Positions 35,522 to 50,070 of a stretch of 64,000 bases of DNA are shown here, piece by piece. Below the pieces are notes generated by a model. That model was not told where the DNA came from and searched no databases. It worked only from the letters and a program-made list of their open reading frames with translations. The position numbers were made by a program, and so were the translations under genes. Within the stretch, counting starts at the first letter, position 1; every line of letters starts with the position of its first letter. This DNA comes from Leptogorgia sarmentosa (lineage: Eukaryota): assembly GCA_964658305.1 (NCBI GenBank), contig OZ210885.1, positions 19,778,001-19,842,000 on the forward strand, read 5' to 3'.

Positions 35522-36585
35522 ATGAATTCCTTCAGGGAAGATTGAAACATTCTACTACTAGCTCATAGTGAAAATGTAATAAATGACGAAGATCTCGTGC
35601 TCTTGTATGACTTGAACACTTCAAAAAACATCAATTTGCCTTACTGGTCTTACAAAGAGTTTGACCTTGATACCTTGCGCGACAACGAATGCAGGTCAGA
35701 ATTTAGATTTTTAGAAAACAACAATTACCATCTGTCAGAAATTTTGCAAATTCCAAATCAAGTGAGGTGTACAACAGGATCATGGTTGATGGGATAGAGG
35801 CTTTGTGCATTTTCCTTAAAAGATTTGCCTACCTATGCAGATATGCAGATATCCTGCCAAGGTTTGCCAAGCCTGTACCACAGCTCTGTATGATCTCAAA
35901 CGAAATAACGAATTTCATTTATGAAACCCAACACTATCAGAGCTTTGATCAACTCTGGTTGTCTCCAGAAAATCTTCAAAACTACGCTGATGTAATTCAT
36001 GCTAAGGGAGCTCCTCTAAACAATTGTTGAGGTTTTATTGATGGGACGGTGCAACCAGTTTCAAGACCTGGAAACAATCAAGGCACAATCTACAACGGAC
36101 ACAAACGAGTCCATGCCATAAAATTTCAATCAGTCGTTGCTCCAAACGGCCTAATTGCAAATTTATATGGCCCTGTTGTTGGCAAGAGGCATGATAGTGG
36201 TATGTTGGCCGAGTCTGGTCTGGTTGGTGATTTGCAACAATATTCCTTTTGTCCTGATGGTCAACCATTATGTGTATATGGGGATCCAGCTTACCCTATA
36301 AGTGCACACATGCAATGCTCACTTCCTGGTCTTGAATGAACCTGTATACAGGAAGAGTATAATGCTGCTATCAGTAGAGTGGGTGTTCGGTGATATTGCC
36401 AATTATTTTGTTAACCAAACGACATGTTTGTCGATTTTAAAAAGAAATTAAAAATTGGTCTCAGTGCCATGAGGAAAATGTATCGGTTTGTGCATTGCTT
36501 ACAAATGCCAGAACATGCTTTACAAGTCACTTACATCATCCTTTTTTGGATTGGACCCACCAGAAGTAGAAGTTTACTTTCAATA
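35522..36585 (+). pseudogene. PIF/Harbinger-superfamily (DDE_Tnp_4) transposase pseudogene
   Basis: GFIDGTVQPVSRP...YNGHKRVHAIKFQSVVAPNGLIANLYGPVVGKRHDSGML...YGDPAYP; stops and frameshifts. Confidence 0.85.
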
Positions 36586-36699
36586 AAAATAGTATGATTT
36601 TACAGTTAACATGATTTTTCAGTTAAAATGTATTAACATAGTTACATAGTAAGTACAACACGTAAACAAAAATATGTTATGAACATTCGGCTTAAGATA

Positions 36700-37250
36700 A
36701 ATGCCACTTCTATTACTTGCAGTCTTGTCTAATTTTTGACATGTTTTACATGTCGTTGAAGTTCAGCTTGTGCTTGCATTTGGGATTGCATGGATTGCTG
36801 AACATCAGTGAATGATTTCAAAAGTTCACTTTTCTGTTTTCTCATTGCCATCTGTTCTTCAAATTGTTTTGCTTGTTTTTCCTTTTTTAATTGGAGTTCT
36901 TCCTTCTTAAACTCCATATCCATTTGTGCTTTCTCTTGAAGGTACACAAGGGTAGCTGAGCCTGACCGCTCAGTCTTTTGGGCTTAGGATTTACATCATC
37001 CTCTTCACTATTTTCTGCTTTTCTCTTTCTGGTTTCTGAAAATCTTTCCAATGATTGTAGTCTCATTTCCTCAGCAGTTTTCTTGTCTTTTCCGAGCTTT
37101 CGATTTTTCTCACCATCTTCCTCACCATGTAAAATTTCAATTTCCAGTTCCCTTTCAATTATGTCTTGCAACTTGCAAATCGAATTGCAACTTACCAGGG
37201 ACGAAAGGAGCACCGAGCTCGAAAGAAAGATATAAGTGGAAATTGATTAA
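36700..37250 (-). pseudogene. Convergent coiled-coil accessory ORF of the same Harbinger-type element (C-terminal part)
   Basis: KDKKTAEEMRLQSLERFSETRKRK / YLQEKAQMDMEFKKEELQLKKE; tail-to-tail with the transposase. Confidence 0.6.
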
Positions 37251-39471
37251 ATAGAATTTATTTTATTATTATTTCTCATCACCATAAATGACAAAAATTT
37301 TTCACATATTATAAATAATCTTACCTCTTCTTTTTCGAGCTTGTTGCCTCCTTGTCGTTGCTACTGCTTGTCATCTAGAAAGTAGACATAACAATTTTGA
37401 ATTCACTGACAAGTCCATGTGCTTCAAAACAACTACGTTCACAAATCCAAATAAAATACAGATTTTCACAAATCAATTGTAAATATTCTGTCTACATATG
37501 AGGAAAATGGTTGTATGAAGCACGATATGCATAAATATTTGTAAATTAAATGTATTTTACATATTTATTTACCTTTAGTTTGAAGCATCCACCAGACAAC
37601 GTCAAAATGTCAAATCAGCAGTTGTCAACGAGAACATGATGGCAGGTGTGAATGAGTCCACAAAAACGCAAGCGCATTTCAAATTTATTACGTCACTCAA
37701 CCACGAACGCCATCCTCTGGAACTCAGGTCGTCGTTGCGTAAAGTCCCTAATACACAATCAGTTATAGTAGGTATTTTAATTATATATGCAGAATTGTTC
37801 TTTCTTGCCTTAAGAGTTTTCACTTCATTACCACAGGTTTTGAGTAGTACAAGAAATGATTTCTCACAGACTGTGCTCACAGCATTAAATCTTCATTGCC
37901 CTTTGCTTTTGCTGCCTACATACAACAATGTAAAAATGTGTGACAACAGTCACAACACTGTTTGCAATAGAGCAGCAAATTTGATTGCAAATACAGCATT
38001 GACTTTCTTGGCCAAGCTTTTGCCCCATACCATACATCATTCTGGTGCACAACATTCTGGTACTTTCTTCTCTTTTTATATTATAGAAAAGAATCTAATT
38101 ATCTGATGCATGTTGTCAATAGATGAGATATGATTTTCTTAATCCCATTACCTGATAAGAGAACAATTTTAAATACAACATCAGCATTCAAGGTTGGGCA
38201 ATGGTGCTTGGGTATTACAAGTACGTAACTGAGTTAAAAACCTTACATGGTTAATATTTATACACTTACTCATTAATGCTGCAATTTCAATGTGACCATC
38301 AGTGACAACCTCTTTTACATCCATCTGTGATGTGGGCAACATATCCAATCTCCGTTCAAACCCAACTCTCTCCATATTGTTGCTCTTCCCTGCAGCCTCC
38401 CTTACATCCACAACGTTCATTTGTAGGATGGTCTTATCCCCAATGTCTGCCAGGCTATAGGGTGCAGTACTGTGCTGAGTGTCCAGGTGAGTCGTTCCTA
38501 CCATCACCACTCAACACAACTGATTTTCTTTGTCTATTCTCCCAAATGTTCTGTTTATGTTGTTCCCAGAACTCATTTCGAGCAGGGATGATGTATAACT
38601 GCTGATATTAATTGAAGAGAGTATATGAAATATACTGCAAATTACGGAAGTTAAACATCAACCCCACCTTGGTGTATGAGTTCCCAGACAACAGTAAAAC
38701 AGAAGCAAGAGTTACTGCAACGAATGTTTCGACCTCATTTTTTTTTGCCTGAAATAAATATTCAGGTTGAAAGATGAAATTTGGTGTATAGATGACTTTT
38801 GTACGTTGAGTGCTAAGTCACTAAATTTCGCCTCCCAACTTCGATACCAGATGTGAACAAAACAGCCGCCATCTTGTCACCTTGTGACGTCACAAGTGTA
38901 ACACATTTAGCGTGTTTTGTTGTTTTAGTTTTGTGTTTCTTGCGCTTTTTTGGCCGGAAAAAAATTCTTTTGAAACAAAACTTGAACATAGGCATTTGAA
39001 GACAATATATTTTGCTCATGTCGAGTAACGAGTCTGGTGGGGGCCCGCAATTGTGTGAAAGGTCAAGTAAAACTGCGTGAGCCGGTGTCGGATGGCTCGT
39101 TAGTTCATGTCACATCGCACTGCTTTGCCTATGACGACGAACCTATGGATTTTTGCCAGCAACTATTGAACGAAGAAGCGACGGTAGAATAACTCTGGAA
39201 CAGTGATAAGTGAAGGTTCAAGACTGTTTAGACTTTAGCTTAATTAAAATAGCCGACGTAGGTTGAATGTATATTTTATTGCTTTTATTTAATATTCATC
39301 TGTAATGATATATTGTTAATTTTGACATCAATATATTGATATCAGTATAATTATTATCCGATATTATACAAATCATAGAATATATTAATTACGATGAATG
39401 TCAAAGTTGAAAATTTTAAGAAGTTTTTAATTATACACATTGAGAAGTGTATGATAAATATATTGATAATA

Positions 39472-40523
39472 CACGGTGGGAATCTCACAGACTTGCTGCA
39501 ACTTGAGCAAAGAAACTCGGTGGACTCGACACTGAGTTAGTTTCCTCGTAATTTGCTGTTTTAACAAGTCCCATGTGGATTGATGTGATCCAAGCTGTTC
39601 TGGGTTGTTATCAACTTGCTGCATTTTTGAAAATATCAGGCTGCAGCGGTCTGTTTATCACAATTTGTAACAGACTTGTTAATTTCATCAGACTTGCTGC
39701 AGGACGTAAACGACAAGCCTGTTGCTGCTTGTTTACTACAGCATTGCTGCAAACTGAACAGGTGGGAAATTTGTCGGCACTGACCAACAAATCGCGGGCA
39801 CATTCTGTTTACATTACATTTGAAAATTTGTGAAAATAGCTTGACTTTGAACTGTATTTTTGTAAAAATCGCCTGTGGCCTCAATTTCAAATATAGCTAA
39901 ATGAAAACAAACACTTCTTTGGCATTTAGTGATACCAAACCTATCAACAGGAAAATAGGGCCTTGAACAGGCCCGGGGTTTGTATTTTAGCCTTCGGTAG
40001 AAGTGAAATCTCACGCCTCATCACAAGTTATTTTGCTCCGCTGTGATTTGTGCTCTGTCGCTGATATTTTAACCTTTACGACATAAATATTGTCATCCTC
40101 ATTACGATACGAACATTTCACAGAAAATTCTAATTATTGCAGATTAACTTGTGACTGTAAACAGTAGGTAGAAGTATGCCATTCAGAATCGACACAAGAT
40201 TTGTTTTGATTGTTTGTAAAATGTACATTTCTTCTTCCCGCAAAATACACGCACGTCTCGTGGGGATTTCCCGCGCATGCTCAGTCAATTTTCCCACCTG
40301 TTTGCAAACTGTTAACGACAAGCCTGTTGCGACTTGTTCACAACAGCATTGCAGAAAGCTGCGTTCATCAACTTGCTGCGGGCATCTTGTTGCGACAGAT
40401 AGGTAGCATCAGATGTGTCGCGACTTGACGAAATCATCAGGGCTGACACAACCTGTTGACAGCTTGTGTCGGCCAGGTAAATTCATCAAGTTGCGGCAAG
40501 TCTGTGAGATTTCTGGCCATGTG
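39472..40523. mobile_element. Non-autonomous CAC..GTG (EnSpm-like) element
   Basis: AATCTCACAGACTTGCTGCAACTTG near left end versus CAAGTTGCGGCAAGTCTGTGAGATT near right end; internal ACTTGTT/CAAG repeats. Confidence 0.65.
39757..40302. mobile_element. Non-autonomous element with 9-bp TSD (MULE-like), short copy
   Basis: TIR AACAGGTGGGAAA; TSD TGCAAACTG (39748-39756, 40303-40311); reverse-complement match to 59766-61058. Confidence 0.88.
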
Positions 40524-41164
40524 GCCCTGGGGACCAAATGATATTAATGCGTTTTTTACTTTGAAAATTTATGTAATATGACGTGTTTCTGAGGAATGTG
40601 CATGTTAAATTTCAATTCATTTTCATAACTTCATACTGAAGGTAGATTTTTCAATTTACAATATATTGTAATGCACTTCATAGAAATTACAACTATGAAC
40701 AGCTCGGGTATGTTATCCGAAATTATCGCTGTGTTTTTGCTCTTTCGATGTGGAAATAATACAAGACAATTACCACGGAAATGCATGTGAACTTTAAGAT
40801 CTATTTTGTCATTAACTATTCTATAGGAATTTTTTATTTTCATATATTAAAACACTGATATTTCAAACAACATATAGACAATAAATTTTGATAATTTTAC
40901 TCACAATTTGAAGGGTAGAGGAACAGCACCCCTACCTAAACATTAAATAAAGGATATAAATTACCCACAAGTTCATGGTAAAAATTTCATTGGTGTAAAA
41001 ACTACCCCATGCTTTGGGGTACATTAGTGGATATCTAATATTTTCAAAATGGTGGAAAATATGATGCAATGCGTATTATATTTATCACTGCACTTTTTTT
41101 CAGATAAAAGAGTCTCCCCCACTGAGCTATACTTACTTATATGGAGATTGGTCTCTCATAAAAT

Positions 41165-43700
41165 CAGAGGCGTCGCTAGGCCTGTATAAGTGAGTGGGTG
41201 TAACGTGACATTTTGCCGAGTGCATAAGCACTTTTTTGCTGACTCACGAAATATTGAACAGCATACGACATGTACGTGAAATGTGGTACATGAATGGAAG
41301 TAATTGACCTACATTACCCCTCGGACACAGCTAATATTTTTTGACACATGTTACTGAATAGTATAGCTTGCAACTATAAATATAGCAAGTGTTACTTGAC
41401 TGTACAGCCTTACAACGAAATTTACAACGGAGAATAACCTGTATTAAGCACTCAACATTTGTATATATTTAAATTCTGGGTGAGTGAAACATTTTACTTA
41501 GCCAAACATTCAGTTATGAAAATAAGATCACTCTTGGCAATAACTGCAATTTATGAATCTGAATGGTTGAAGAATTTTTTACTATACGTCAATGTTTGCG
41601 CATGTTTGCCTTTACTAAACTGTAACGTTATTTTTCTATAGTACTAATCATTCAACGCCTTGGTTTCGAAGCCCAAATTTTCAAAACGTCTTCAATGTCC
41701 AATGAATCAGTTAAGTGCTTTTCGCAGTTTAAAATCATCAAGTTATCCAACCGCTTGTCAGCCATTGTCGATCGATAAACTCCCTTCACAAATTTAAGGT
41801 GACTAAAAGTTTCATGGTCCTTTGCAACAGAAATAGGCGCTGTCAACACAAGCTTGTATAATTTCCACGTTAAAGGTAGGATAGCTCGATGATCATAGAC
41901 AAAATGGATAACTCTGTCTCCACTCGCCAGTTCGTCCTGACTTGGCACTTTGGTGTTGGACAAAATGTTGGCGAAAACTTCTAACTCGGCTGCTAATACT
42001 TCGCAATCGACATTACTTGGGATCATTTCTGCTACGGCCTTTATGTCTGTTGGTAATGCTTGTTGCAATGAAAGCTGCAATAGACGTGATAATGGCGCAA
42101 TGATGTCGAGTGTTGGCTGGATCTTCTCTTTAAATTCCGTTATCAAAACATCCAAAACGCACTTAAACTCTTTCCGAAAGAACTGATATAGATCAAGGAT
42201 GGCTGTTGTTTCAGGATGTTCGTCTAAACGCCTAGGCGGACGACGCGTTCTGTGATGTTTTGCGAAATCTGCTTCAGCATAGATTCCAAGCTTTTTCGAG
42301 TATTCTGTCGCAGCCGTTATCTGGGATGTCATTGCCGTCTCGTCCCCTTTAATTCTTTCCAAGGAGATTATCGTGGCTTTTGTCATCTCTAAAGCTTCAA
42401 TGATATTCAATTCTTCTCGCTGAAGTGCATCACTGAGAAACTTCGTTTTCAACAAGATATTTTTCATGAACATCAGACTTGCTATAAAGTCGAAACTCTT
42501 GACTTTTTTTAGGAGGCCGGATGCTGTCGCTTTTACTTTCATTTCCACTGTAGAATTATTTACATCTTCTAAACTGCTCAAAACAGCTTCTAGAGATGCC
42601 CACACAGCTCTGATTGACTCAGATCGCGCGGTCCATCTTGTTTTTGAAAGATTTCTGAGCTGAAGGCTGTTTTCGATGGGTCCAAAGTGGTGTGACAACA
42701 CGGCGTGACGTTTCGTACTTCCGGAAAAGAAGACGTACAAATCTTGCAAGATGTTGAAAAGTTCTTGTATTACTGGACTGCTGTTACAAGCATGCTCTAC
42801 TACAGTATTAGTTCTGTGAGCTTGACATGTGATGTATGGAATCTTTCTCTGCAGTTTCCTTTCTATCTCAGCTTGTGCCCCATGACAGTGACCAGACATA
42901 TTAGAAGCAAAGTTATATGACTGAAAAACCAAGCAGGAAGTTGCCAAACCATTTTCTTCTAGTGACTCGATTATGTCATTTGCTTGTCCAATACCAGTTT
43001 TCTCAGTGGTTTCTCTAATCTCGAGTAGACGTTCTTTAAGAGCGCATGTAGAGCTATCTTCTTTTACATACCTCACTGCAACCGCAAAGCGATCTTTCTT
43101 AGACGTGTCCAGAGTTGTGTCAGCCATAACAGAAAACATTTTCGAGTCTTTTACATCTTGCCGAACTTTAGATCGAACACAGCTTCCCAAGATTGCAATC
43201 ATTTCATTTTGTGATTCTGCGCTCAAATACGTAACGTGATATGGTCGCAAGCGAGCCTCACTCAGCCATTTCTTAAGACTTGGGCAATGCCTTGACACAA
43301 GCTGGACAATCTGGTAGAAGTTGCCATCCTTTTCACCATGTTCATGGGTAGATGATCCTCGGAAAGGTAAACCCTGACGACCAAGTGTTCTTGCAACGTC
43401 CAACAAAATACACGCTGCCCCTTCATTTGCCAGACTGTCTTCTTTCTCTTGAATGGCATTCACACGCTTTTCTCTGTCGAGTAGCATATCTACGTTAGAA
43501 GAATCTCGATTAAAGGAATAAAAGCTGCTAGTGCTGATTTGTGTGCTTTCGAACTGAAGTGTTTAGCAAGTTTACCGGTTTTTCCTCTGCTGCTTGACCC
43601 ACAACTAGTCATCTTGATCTTGGCATTGCTTCTTGACTGGAATTTCCTCGTTTCGTGGAAAAACTGGTAGTTTAGGCTGATGTGGTCCAAGTTTCATAAT
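41165..43700 (-). mobile_element. 5'-truncated hAT transposon
   Basis: CAGAGGCGTCGCTAGG terminus at 41165; transposase ORF inside; other terminus not found. Confidence 0.75.
41652..43487 (-). pseudogene. hAT transposase (ZMYM1-like), 611-aa open frame but probably inactive
   Basis: GLPFRG, MADTTLD, TCQAHRTN, KTRW; QSYN in place of QSYD and KDHETFS in place of ERxFS; N-terminus missing. Confidence 0.85.
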
Positions 43701-44649
43701 AAACTTTCTATCCAGGGGCGAATCTAGGGGCGGTCAAACAGGTCACCAGACCTACGTAAAAATTGCCAAGCTATTAATTATTCAAATTTCAAACATAAAT
43801 CTGAACAATCCAGTTTAATATTTCGCGCAGCTGCATAGCTCACTGTCTTCCAGTAACAAATGCAGTTCACCTGCAGGCTTCCTAATTCTTAATTCTTAGT
43901 CCAGTTAATATATTTCATGCAGCGTGAGAGCCTGCTGTCTTGAAAATCTTGCCACGGTCAAACTGCGATCTTATGCGTGAATTTTGACCCATCAGCTGAT
44001 GAAATGCGGGCATTTGATTGGTTGGATGCGATTTTGACCCTTATTTATCAATTTAGGACCTGTTTGGGGAAATTTAGGCCTTGCACTAGCCTTTTGATTG
44101 GTTAGTTCAAATGAATTCTTAAAGCTTGTTGGCTACGTTTTTCTGACCCTTCTTGACGGTCACTGCGTGTGGTATTTGGGTCATAATAATATGAATAATA
44201 ATCACGCTGATTTCGGCCTTTCTGATCGGCTTCTCGATTATAAAGTTGAATTTGTAGGTTCTATCAGAACTCAGAAGTGTTCATAAAAAGTATTTCTGTC
44301 GCACAATGGCTGGAAATATCTTGCAATTGTTCGATATCGTTCCGTCCGCATTCGGACGAAATGACGATCTTTCAGATCGCGTCAGTGCTTCGCATAAGAG
44401 TTCGATCGAAGAGCTTTTGTCTGCTATAAAGTATAAACAGCAGAATACGCCATCGGTCGTAATTTTGGAGCGGAGACATGTATTCCGAAGGGTATTCGAG
44501 GAAAGAAAAGTGCATTGCTATAATATATTTTTGTTTAATATTTGTCATAATATGAATATGCTTGCATTACAAGTGTTTGTCGCCAGATCTGTCATGTTAG
44601 AATTTGCATATTTGTATTAATATCTTGCGTTCGATGCTTCGGTCAAAGG

Positions 44650-46600
44650 TATATGTGTTTATAACAATAATAACAAGGATTACCGGACTACCTGTATCAT
44701 GGTAGTTGTTCTTTAGTATCCTTGTCTGCAATTTCCACTCGTTGCAAATGAGGGTAAGATGTTGCCATTGTTTCGAAATGAGGGTTGGGAATTGTTAAAA
44801 GTTCCGTCTTATTCACCTTCGTCAGTTTCACATCCATTTTGAATTTGTCGTCAAAGGACGATATCTCCGCCTCATATACCTCTAATTTGGTAAAATGCGT
44901 CCCCAACAAAGTTTCAACTTTCCTGGTCATGCTCTGGCTTGGTTTCTTGTTCAACATACCTGCAACCTTTGACACGTATGAGCTATTTGCCCCGCTATCA
45001 ATAAGAGCCCGCGTCAGTACCCCATTCACTTTCACCAGGAGTGTTGGGAATACCCCTTCACCCTCTCTATTTGCAGCCAACGCCACTTTGTTTCCTGGTG
45101 CACTCGGTTTGTCACATATAGACGTATGATGTCTCCTCAAACACTTTTGACAGGACTTCTTACTTTGACAGTGAGCCGCTTGATGACAGCCCATCGCACA
45201 ATTGAAGCACAACTTCTTTTTTGCCAAAACTTGCCTTCGATCAGCCACTGTTGTGAACTTGGTGCATTCCGTAGCTTTGTGCTCGTTGCTCTCACAATAC
45301 ACACACCCTCTCGGTCTCTCGCCTCGGTTAGTCATGAGTACTCTGTCTCGCCGTCTCCTGTTTTGCTCTTCGTCTCGACTAAGGTCTGCTGGATTTCTTC
45401 GGATCCACAGCCGCAAAGCTTCAGCTAACTGTTCCAGGTTCCAATTCTCCCACTCATTGTCTGATCTCACCAAATCACCGCGAACTGCTGGTAACTTGTC
45501 AATGGTCATAGTGATTAGTCCCTTTACTTCCTCCAATTTTTTAAGTGACTGCAGCGAGCGGACACAGTATGTTAACTTGTCACTAAACTCTGCTATTCAT
45601 TTCGGATCCGCTGATGAGACGTGTGGCAGATTCAGGATTTCTTTTACATACGCCTTCACGATCTCTGACTCTTTTCCATATTTCTCGCTCAGTATCGCTC
45701 TCGCCCGATTATAACCTTCCGTCGTGAATGGCAACGAGTCCACTTCACGTCTCACTTCATCCCCTAAAAGCTCTTTCAGGTAGGAAAATTTAGCGATGCT
45801 TGCCAATCCCGATTTTTCTGTTGATTCCGTAAACTGCCCCCAAAACCTCTGCCAATCCATAAAATCTCTGTTAAATTTCGATATAACCAACTTGGGTAGT
45901 TTTGCTTCCACTTGTGATGAGCCCGCTTCCTTAGATGTTTTTCCCTCTGCCAACTTTTCCCTGTGTTCTACTTCAAGTTTTAATTTCGATTCGTGCAGTT
46001 TGATTTTGAATCTCATTTTCTCTTCGAGAGCCTGTTGCTCCATTTCCATTTTACAGTTGTGCAGCCAGCTTTCCAAGTATTTGATATTCTCGTCCGCTTG
46101 CGTTAAATTCTGTTCGATTTTGTCATTCCATGTTGCGATTCTTGTTTCCTCTTCACCTTCCGTAATTTTCCCTAACTCGACCTCGCGTCGCGATTTTTCA
46201 ACCTCTTTCGATAGCTCTTTCAGTGATTCTATCTGTCGATTTGCAGCAGAGCTCTTTCCAGACTCAAGCACGGTGCCTGTTCTCCCGCAAGTCATGAGTA
46301 ATTGCTTCAGTTTAACGCTTAAATCGGCCATCCTGTCATTAGTTTCAACCGCCATCTCTTTAAGCCAACAACACCACACGATACTATATTCGATATATTT
46401 CTCGCAAAATCTCGTCGGAGGTGCCACATTTCACAAATTGTCCGCCCCCCTAGACATGTATTTGTGAAAGAAGTCTCCGCTTGAGTAAATAAACCAAATA
46501 CTTTTAATAACTTTAACAATTCAACAACAATCACTAATAATACGTCCCTGATCTCGTTCTCCCTCGTGTTTTTATCTCTCCCTTACCCCCCACGACGAAT
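44650..46600 (-). mobile_element. BEL/Pao LTR retrotransposon 5' part (partial LTR, PBS, gag, protease)
   Basis: TGGCACCTCCGACG PBS-like at ~46412-46425; KLPKLVISKF...WQRFWGQF (DUF1759-like); three knuckles CVYC..H..C, CFNC..H..C, CQKC..HHTSIC; ALIDSGANSSY protease. Confidence 0.88.
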
Positions 46601-46619
46601 TGCATAAATTAACTATCCT

Positions 46620-47511
46620 CAAATGTCAACCGATTCCCCACAGTTTTGCACAGAATATCTTAAGCGTCTGTGAGCAAGTTGCATCTACTTTACAGAAGCC
46701 TTCGATAACAGCACAAACAACTGTCACTTGCATCAAAGCCTTAAAGAGAAATTTACAATGTCAACAAGATGACTTACATTTGTTTTACGACCAAGTAGTC
46801 ACTTCGTGACAAACTTTTAAGAACATTGACTTTGTGGACGATCCGAAACTGTCAAGACCGAAGCAAATTCCGCGACGATTTCAGCACGGAGATGGTGACC
46901 ATCATCATTTCCAATCTCCAAAAGAATTCCACCGTGCCCAAACTTTTGAAACAATTGACGCATGTATGACCGCACTACAGGAAGGTTTCGACCAGGAAAT
47001 CTACTCAGTATTGGTAAACATCGAAACCGTGCTCATTAATGCGGCTAATGGCCGTACATTTGAGTTGAATGACGCAGTTAAACGCCTTTACAAAGATGAC
47101 CTCGATTTTGATCAGCTGAATGGAGAATTGACGCTTCTTGAAGGAATTATATCCCAGCGATTTCCAGAGGTTAAGACGGTAACATCAATTGACACGATTA
47201 CATCAGTGTTCTCAACCGAAGAAACAGACTCCTCACAATATTCACAGATCATCATTGCAATGTCCAACGTTGTCCGGCTTCTGTAGATTTCCCTCCTTGC
47301 TCCAATGAGCGCAGCCTCTGAAGAACGATCTTTTTCAAGTCAGCGTGTCGTCAAAACGTATCTTAGGAGCACGATGACGGCGACACGCTATAACAATCTT
47401 ATTGTTATGCATGTAAACAAGACCAGGACTGATAAACTGGACTTAAATTCGATTGCTAAGGAATTTGTTTTGAAAAACGAACGTCGAGTAAGATTTTTTG
47501 GGAAGTTTTAA
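46620..47511 (+). pseudogene. hAT transposase C-terminal half with internal stops
   Basis: PKLSRPKQIPRRF...; PMSAASEERSFSSQRVVKTYLRSTMTATRYNNL...RVRFFGKF*. Confidence 0.85.
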
Positions 47512-49739
47512 TAAAATCACATTACATAATAAAATTGTTCATCTAATCATCTTCGTTAATAAAATACACAACAATGGTAACTCTGAGTAGAGACAACACC
47601 TTTGATTCAATCATTTTAGTTTAGCACTTTGCATCTACAAATATGCAGAAAGGAGTGAAATAAGATAAAGTTTATATAGAGTAAGCTGTGAAAAATGGGA
47701 TTTCAAGCACTGGAATTCATGAGCAAAAAAAATACAACAGATATCAAAATAATGAACAGGTCAGAATCTGGGACAATGGAATTGTACTGGGGCAAGTAGG
47801 GTTAATTAAATGTTTGCGCTGAGAAATGGAAAACAACACTCTTTAATATATTGGGGTTTAATTCTGAAAGGTGTTGACAGGCATTTTTGTTTTCTATTCA
47901 ACACAAACACTTGCAGTATAAAACACAGTCTTATTGTCTATTTTCAGTTCAGAACTCTTCTTGAGCAAAAGACCAATTAATTTCCTCATTCGCCTCTGCC
48001 AACACATATGAAAACGAAATTAATATTTTAAAACCTTCACACACAGCTATCACAATCTCTTTATTGGAATTACCAAATATTTCTTATTTTAACACAGAAA
48101 ATGTATAAATACGTATTGACAGAGTGGGGACATACCATTTCTTTCCGTAGTCATTTCGTCGTTTTTTGACATCTATAAAGGATAAAGAAGCAAACCATAT
48201 ATAAAATACATCTTATTATATGTTTATTAAGTTATGAACTCGTACATAAAAAGACGCGTAACTGCTGTAAAATATCTTTATGTAAAATATAATTCATTTA
48301 AATATGTCATATAAACTTGTTTTGCAATGCAAGTGTTTTTAAAAAAAGAGAGTGAAACAATGCGTGAAATTTGATTGGGTGGACGAGGTAACACAATAGT
48401 TACACTAACATGAAGTACGGTATGTACTAATTATCAACTATGAACAATTTTTAATACAAGGATAACTGTTACTTCCCACTGAGATTAAAATTTATAGCTC
48501 TGTGGTGCATGCTGTATACTCTTGAAAGCGAAGTAGTAGGTGCATACTTTCAATCAGTAAAAAGCATATACTTATTGTATTTGATCATGTTAAGACTTTT
48601 GATGGACAATAATGGTATTACAGCATTTTACCTTATACAGTCGTTGCACCAGCCTCACCAATGTTCGATCTGTAACTTGGTTCCACTGGGTCATAACGTG
48701 CTTTGATACATGTAAAATACTGGTTAACTTTGAATATATCTAGAGAATAAAAGTAAAATGTAAACGTTAACTCTCGTCTAATCCCTCAACACTTTAGTGC
48801 TCTGTCAGTCGCAATTTGAAAATAAACTGAACAGAATCACCACCATGATAGTAGTCGAAAGCAAAGCTAGCTGCACAAGGGCAGCCCATTTTCGTTCATA
48901 ATGAACACTTGTGTATACCTAGTAAGGAAAACCATGAAAATATAGAAATTAAATTGGAAAAAGAAATGTATACATATATTGGTTCTAATTGCTCATACAA
49001 TGAATAGTGTACTATTGATTTATACAATGAATAAAGTCATCCCCTAACTCAAAAACTTTGGACCTCTATTTGGAGTTCATTATAAGTAAATAAAGAAAAC
49101 GGCTTAATTAATTAGATAAAGCAGAAGTTATAATTGAGTCTTTTGCAATTACTATATACTCAATTAGTTGCGACGTGTTATAAAATAATTTTACGACACA
49201 GTACTAATGTACATATTGCATGAGGCAAGGCGTAGGCGCTTTCTTTGAAACACAAATGAGCTGTTGACATTCATTTGAATAAATATTCCAATGAACGCAA
49301 GCGTTTGATCTTTCACAATTTGGTGGAAGTAAGAACATCCACTAAAACTGTCATTTTCTATCGATCAATCGATGTGACGATCCAAGTACCATGAAAGTTG
49401 CTCCAGATATTCATGTCATAATAGACGGACATGCTGTGAACACCTTTGTCCGCTCATAAAATGCGTAGCACAATGATTGGTAGATTCTGGAGCTCTCTTT
49501 TGGACTCCTTAGAATCCGTAATAGGTATCATAACGGTGGATTGTATGGTTCACGGCGGAGCTCGCTCTTGAATTCTTTTCGTGTATCCATGAATTGAAAA
49601 TGAGGGTACTTTTTCCCTTCTCTTGACATGATAGCATGTATAGCTACGGTCCATAATGGCAATACGTATCGTAATGGTATAGCATCACAATGGTGGATTG
49701 TGTGGATCACAGCGGAGCTCTCTTGAGGATCACAGAGGA

Positions 49740-50070
49740 TTTTTTGGGTATAGAAATTCTTTTTCCTGGTTTTAATCTCTACCTGGACCCTTCGTCTGTA
49801 TTGGCGCCACAATTGCGTGTTGCTAGTGTGAAAAGCACGTTGGCGTTCTTTGATAAGTTGCTTTATGTGCCCAGCAATCCTTGGTTTGTCCGTGGGATGA
49901 AATTTGATTGTGTTCACTGGGAAAAAATGATCGAATACAGTGTTCAAATCATTGGTAAAAGATGATGCTAACTCATCCGACGATGGATTGAGTCCGAGTT
50001 CACTAAACCATTTATTCCTGGTTGACCATAAACCAAAACCATTCAAACCTGACTGAGGATACCAACGCAC
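49740..50070 (-). mobile_element. LINE (L2/CR1-group) EN-RT linker fragment
   Basis: DHFFPVNTIKFHPTDKPRIAGHIKQLIKERQRAF...WRQYRRRVQVEIKTRKKNFY. Confidence 0.75.

Larger units (their letters stand above)
33840..38610 (-). pseudogene. Fragmented, intron-containing Kolobok transposase
   Basis: GDGRNDSPGHSAQYCT and VVTDGHIEIAALM (38270-38510); DVWYGAKSLAKK-like (~38005-38040); HHVVKEHE (~35250); KFSKRTQQW...EPKSYTYIPQL (34220-34340). Confidence 0.7.

Noticed and set aside
44306..44620. 104-aa ORF
   Set aside because: No recognisable motif; the frame probably runs into non-coding sequence
45202..46467. 170-aa and 223-aa plus-strand ORFs
   Set aside because: Antisense shadows of BEL gag; the same applies to most short ORFs overlapping the transposases
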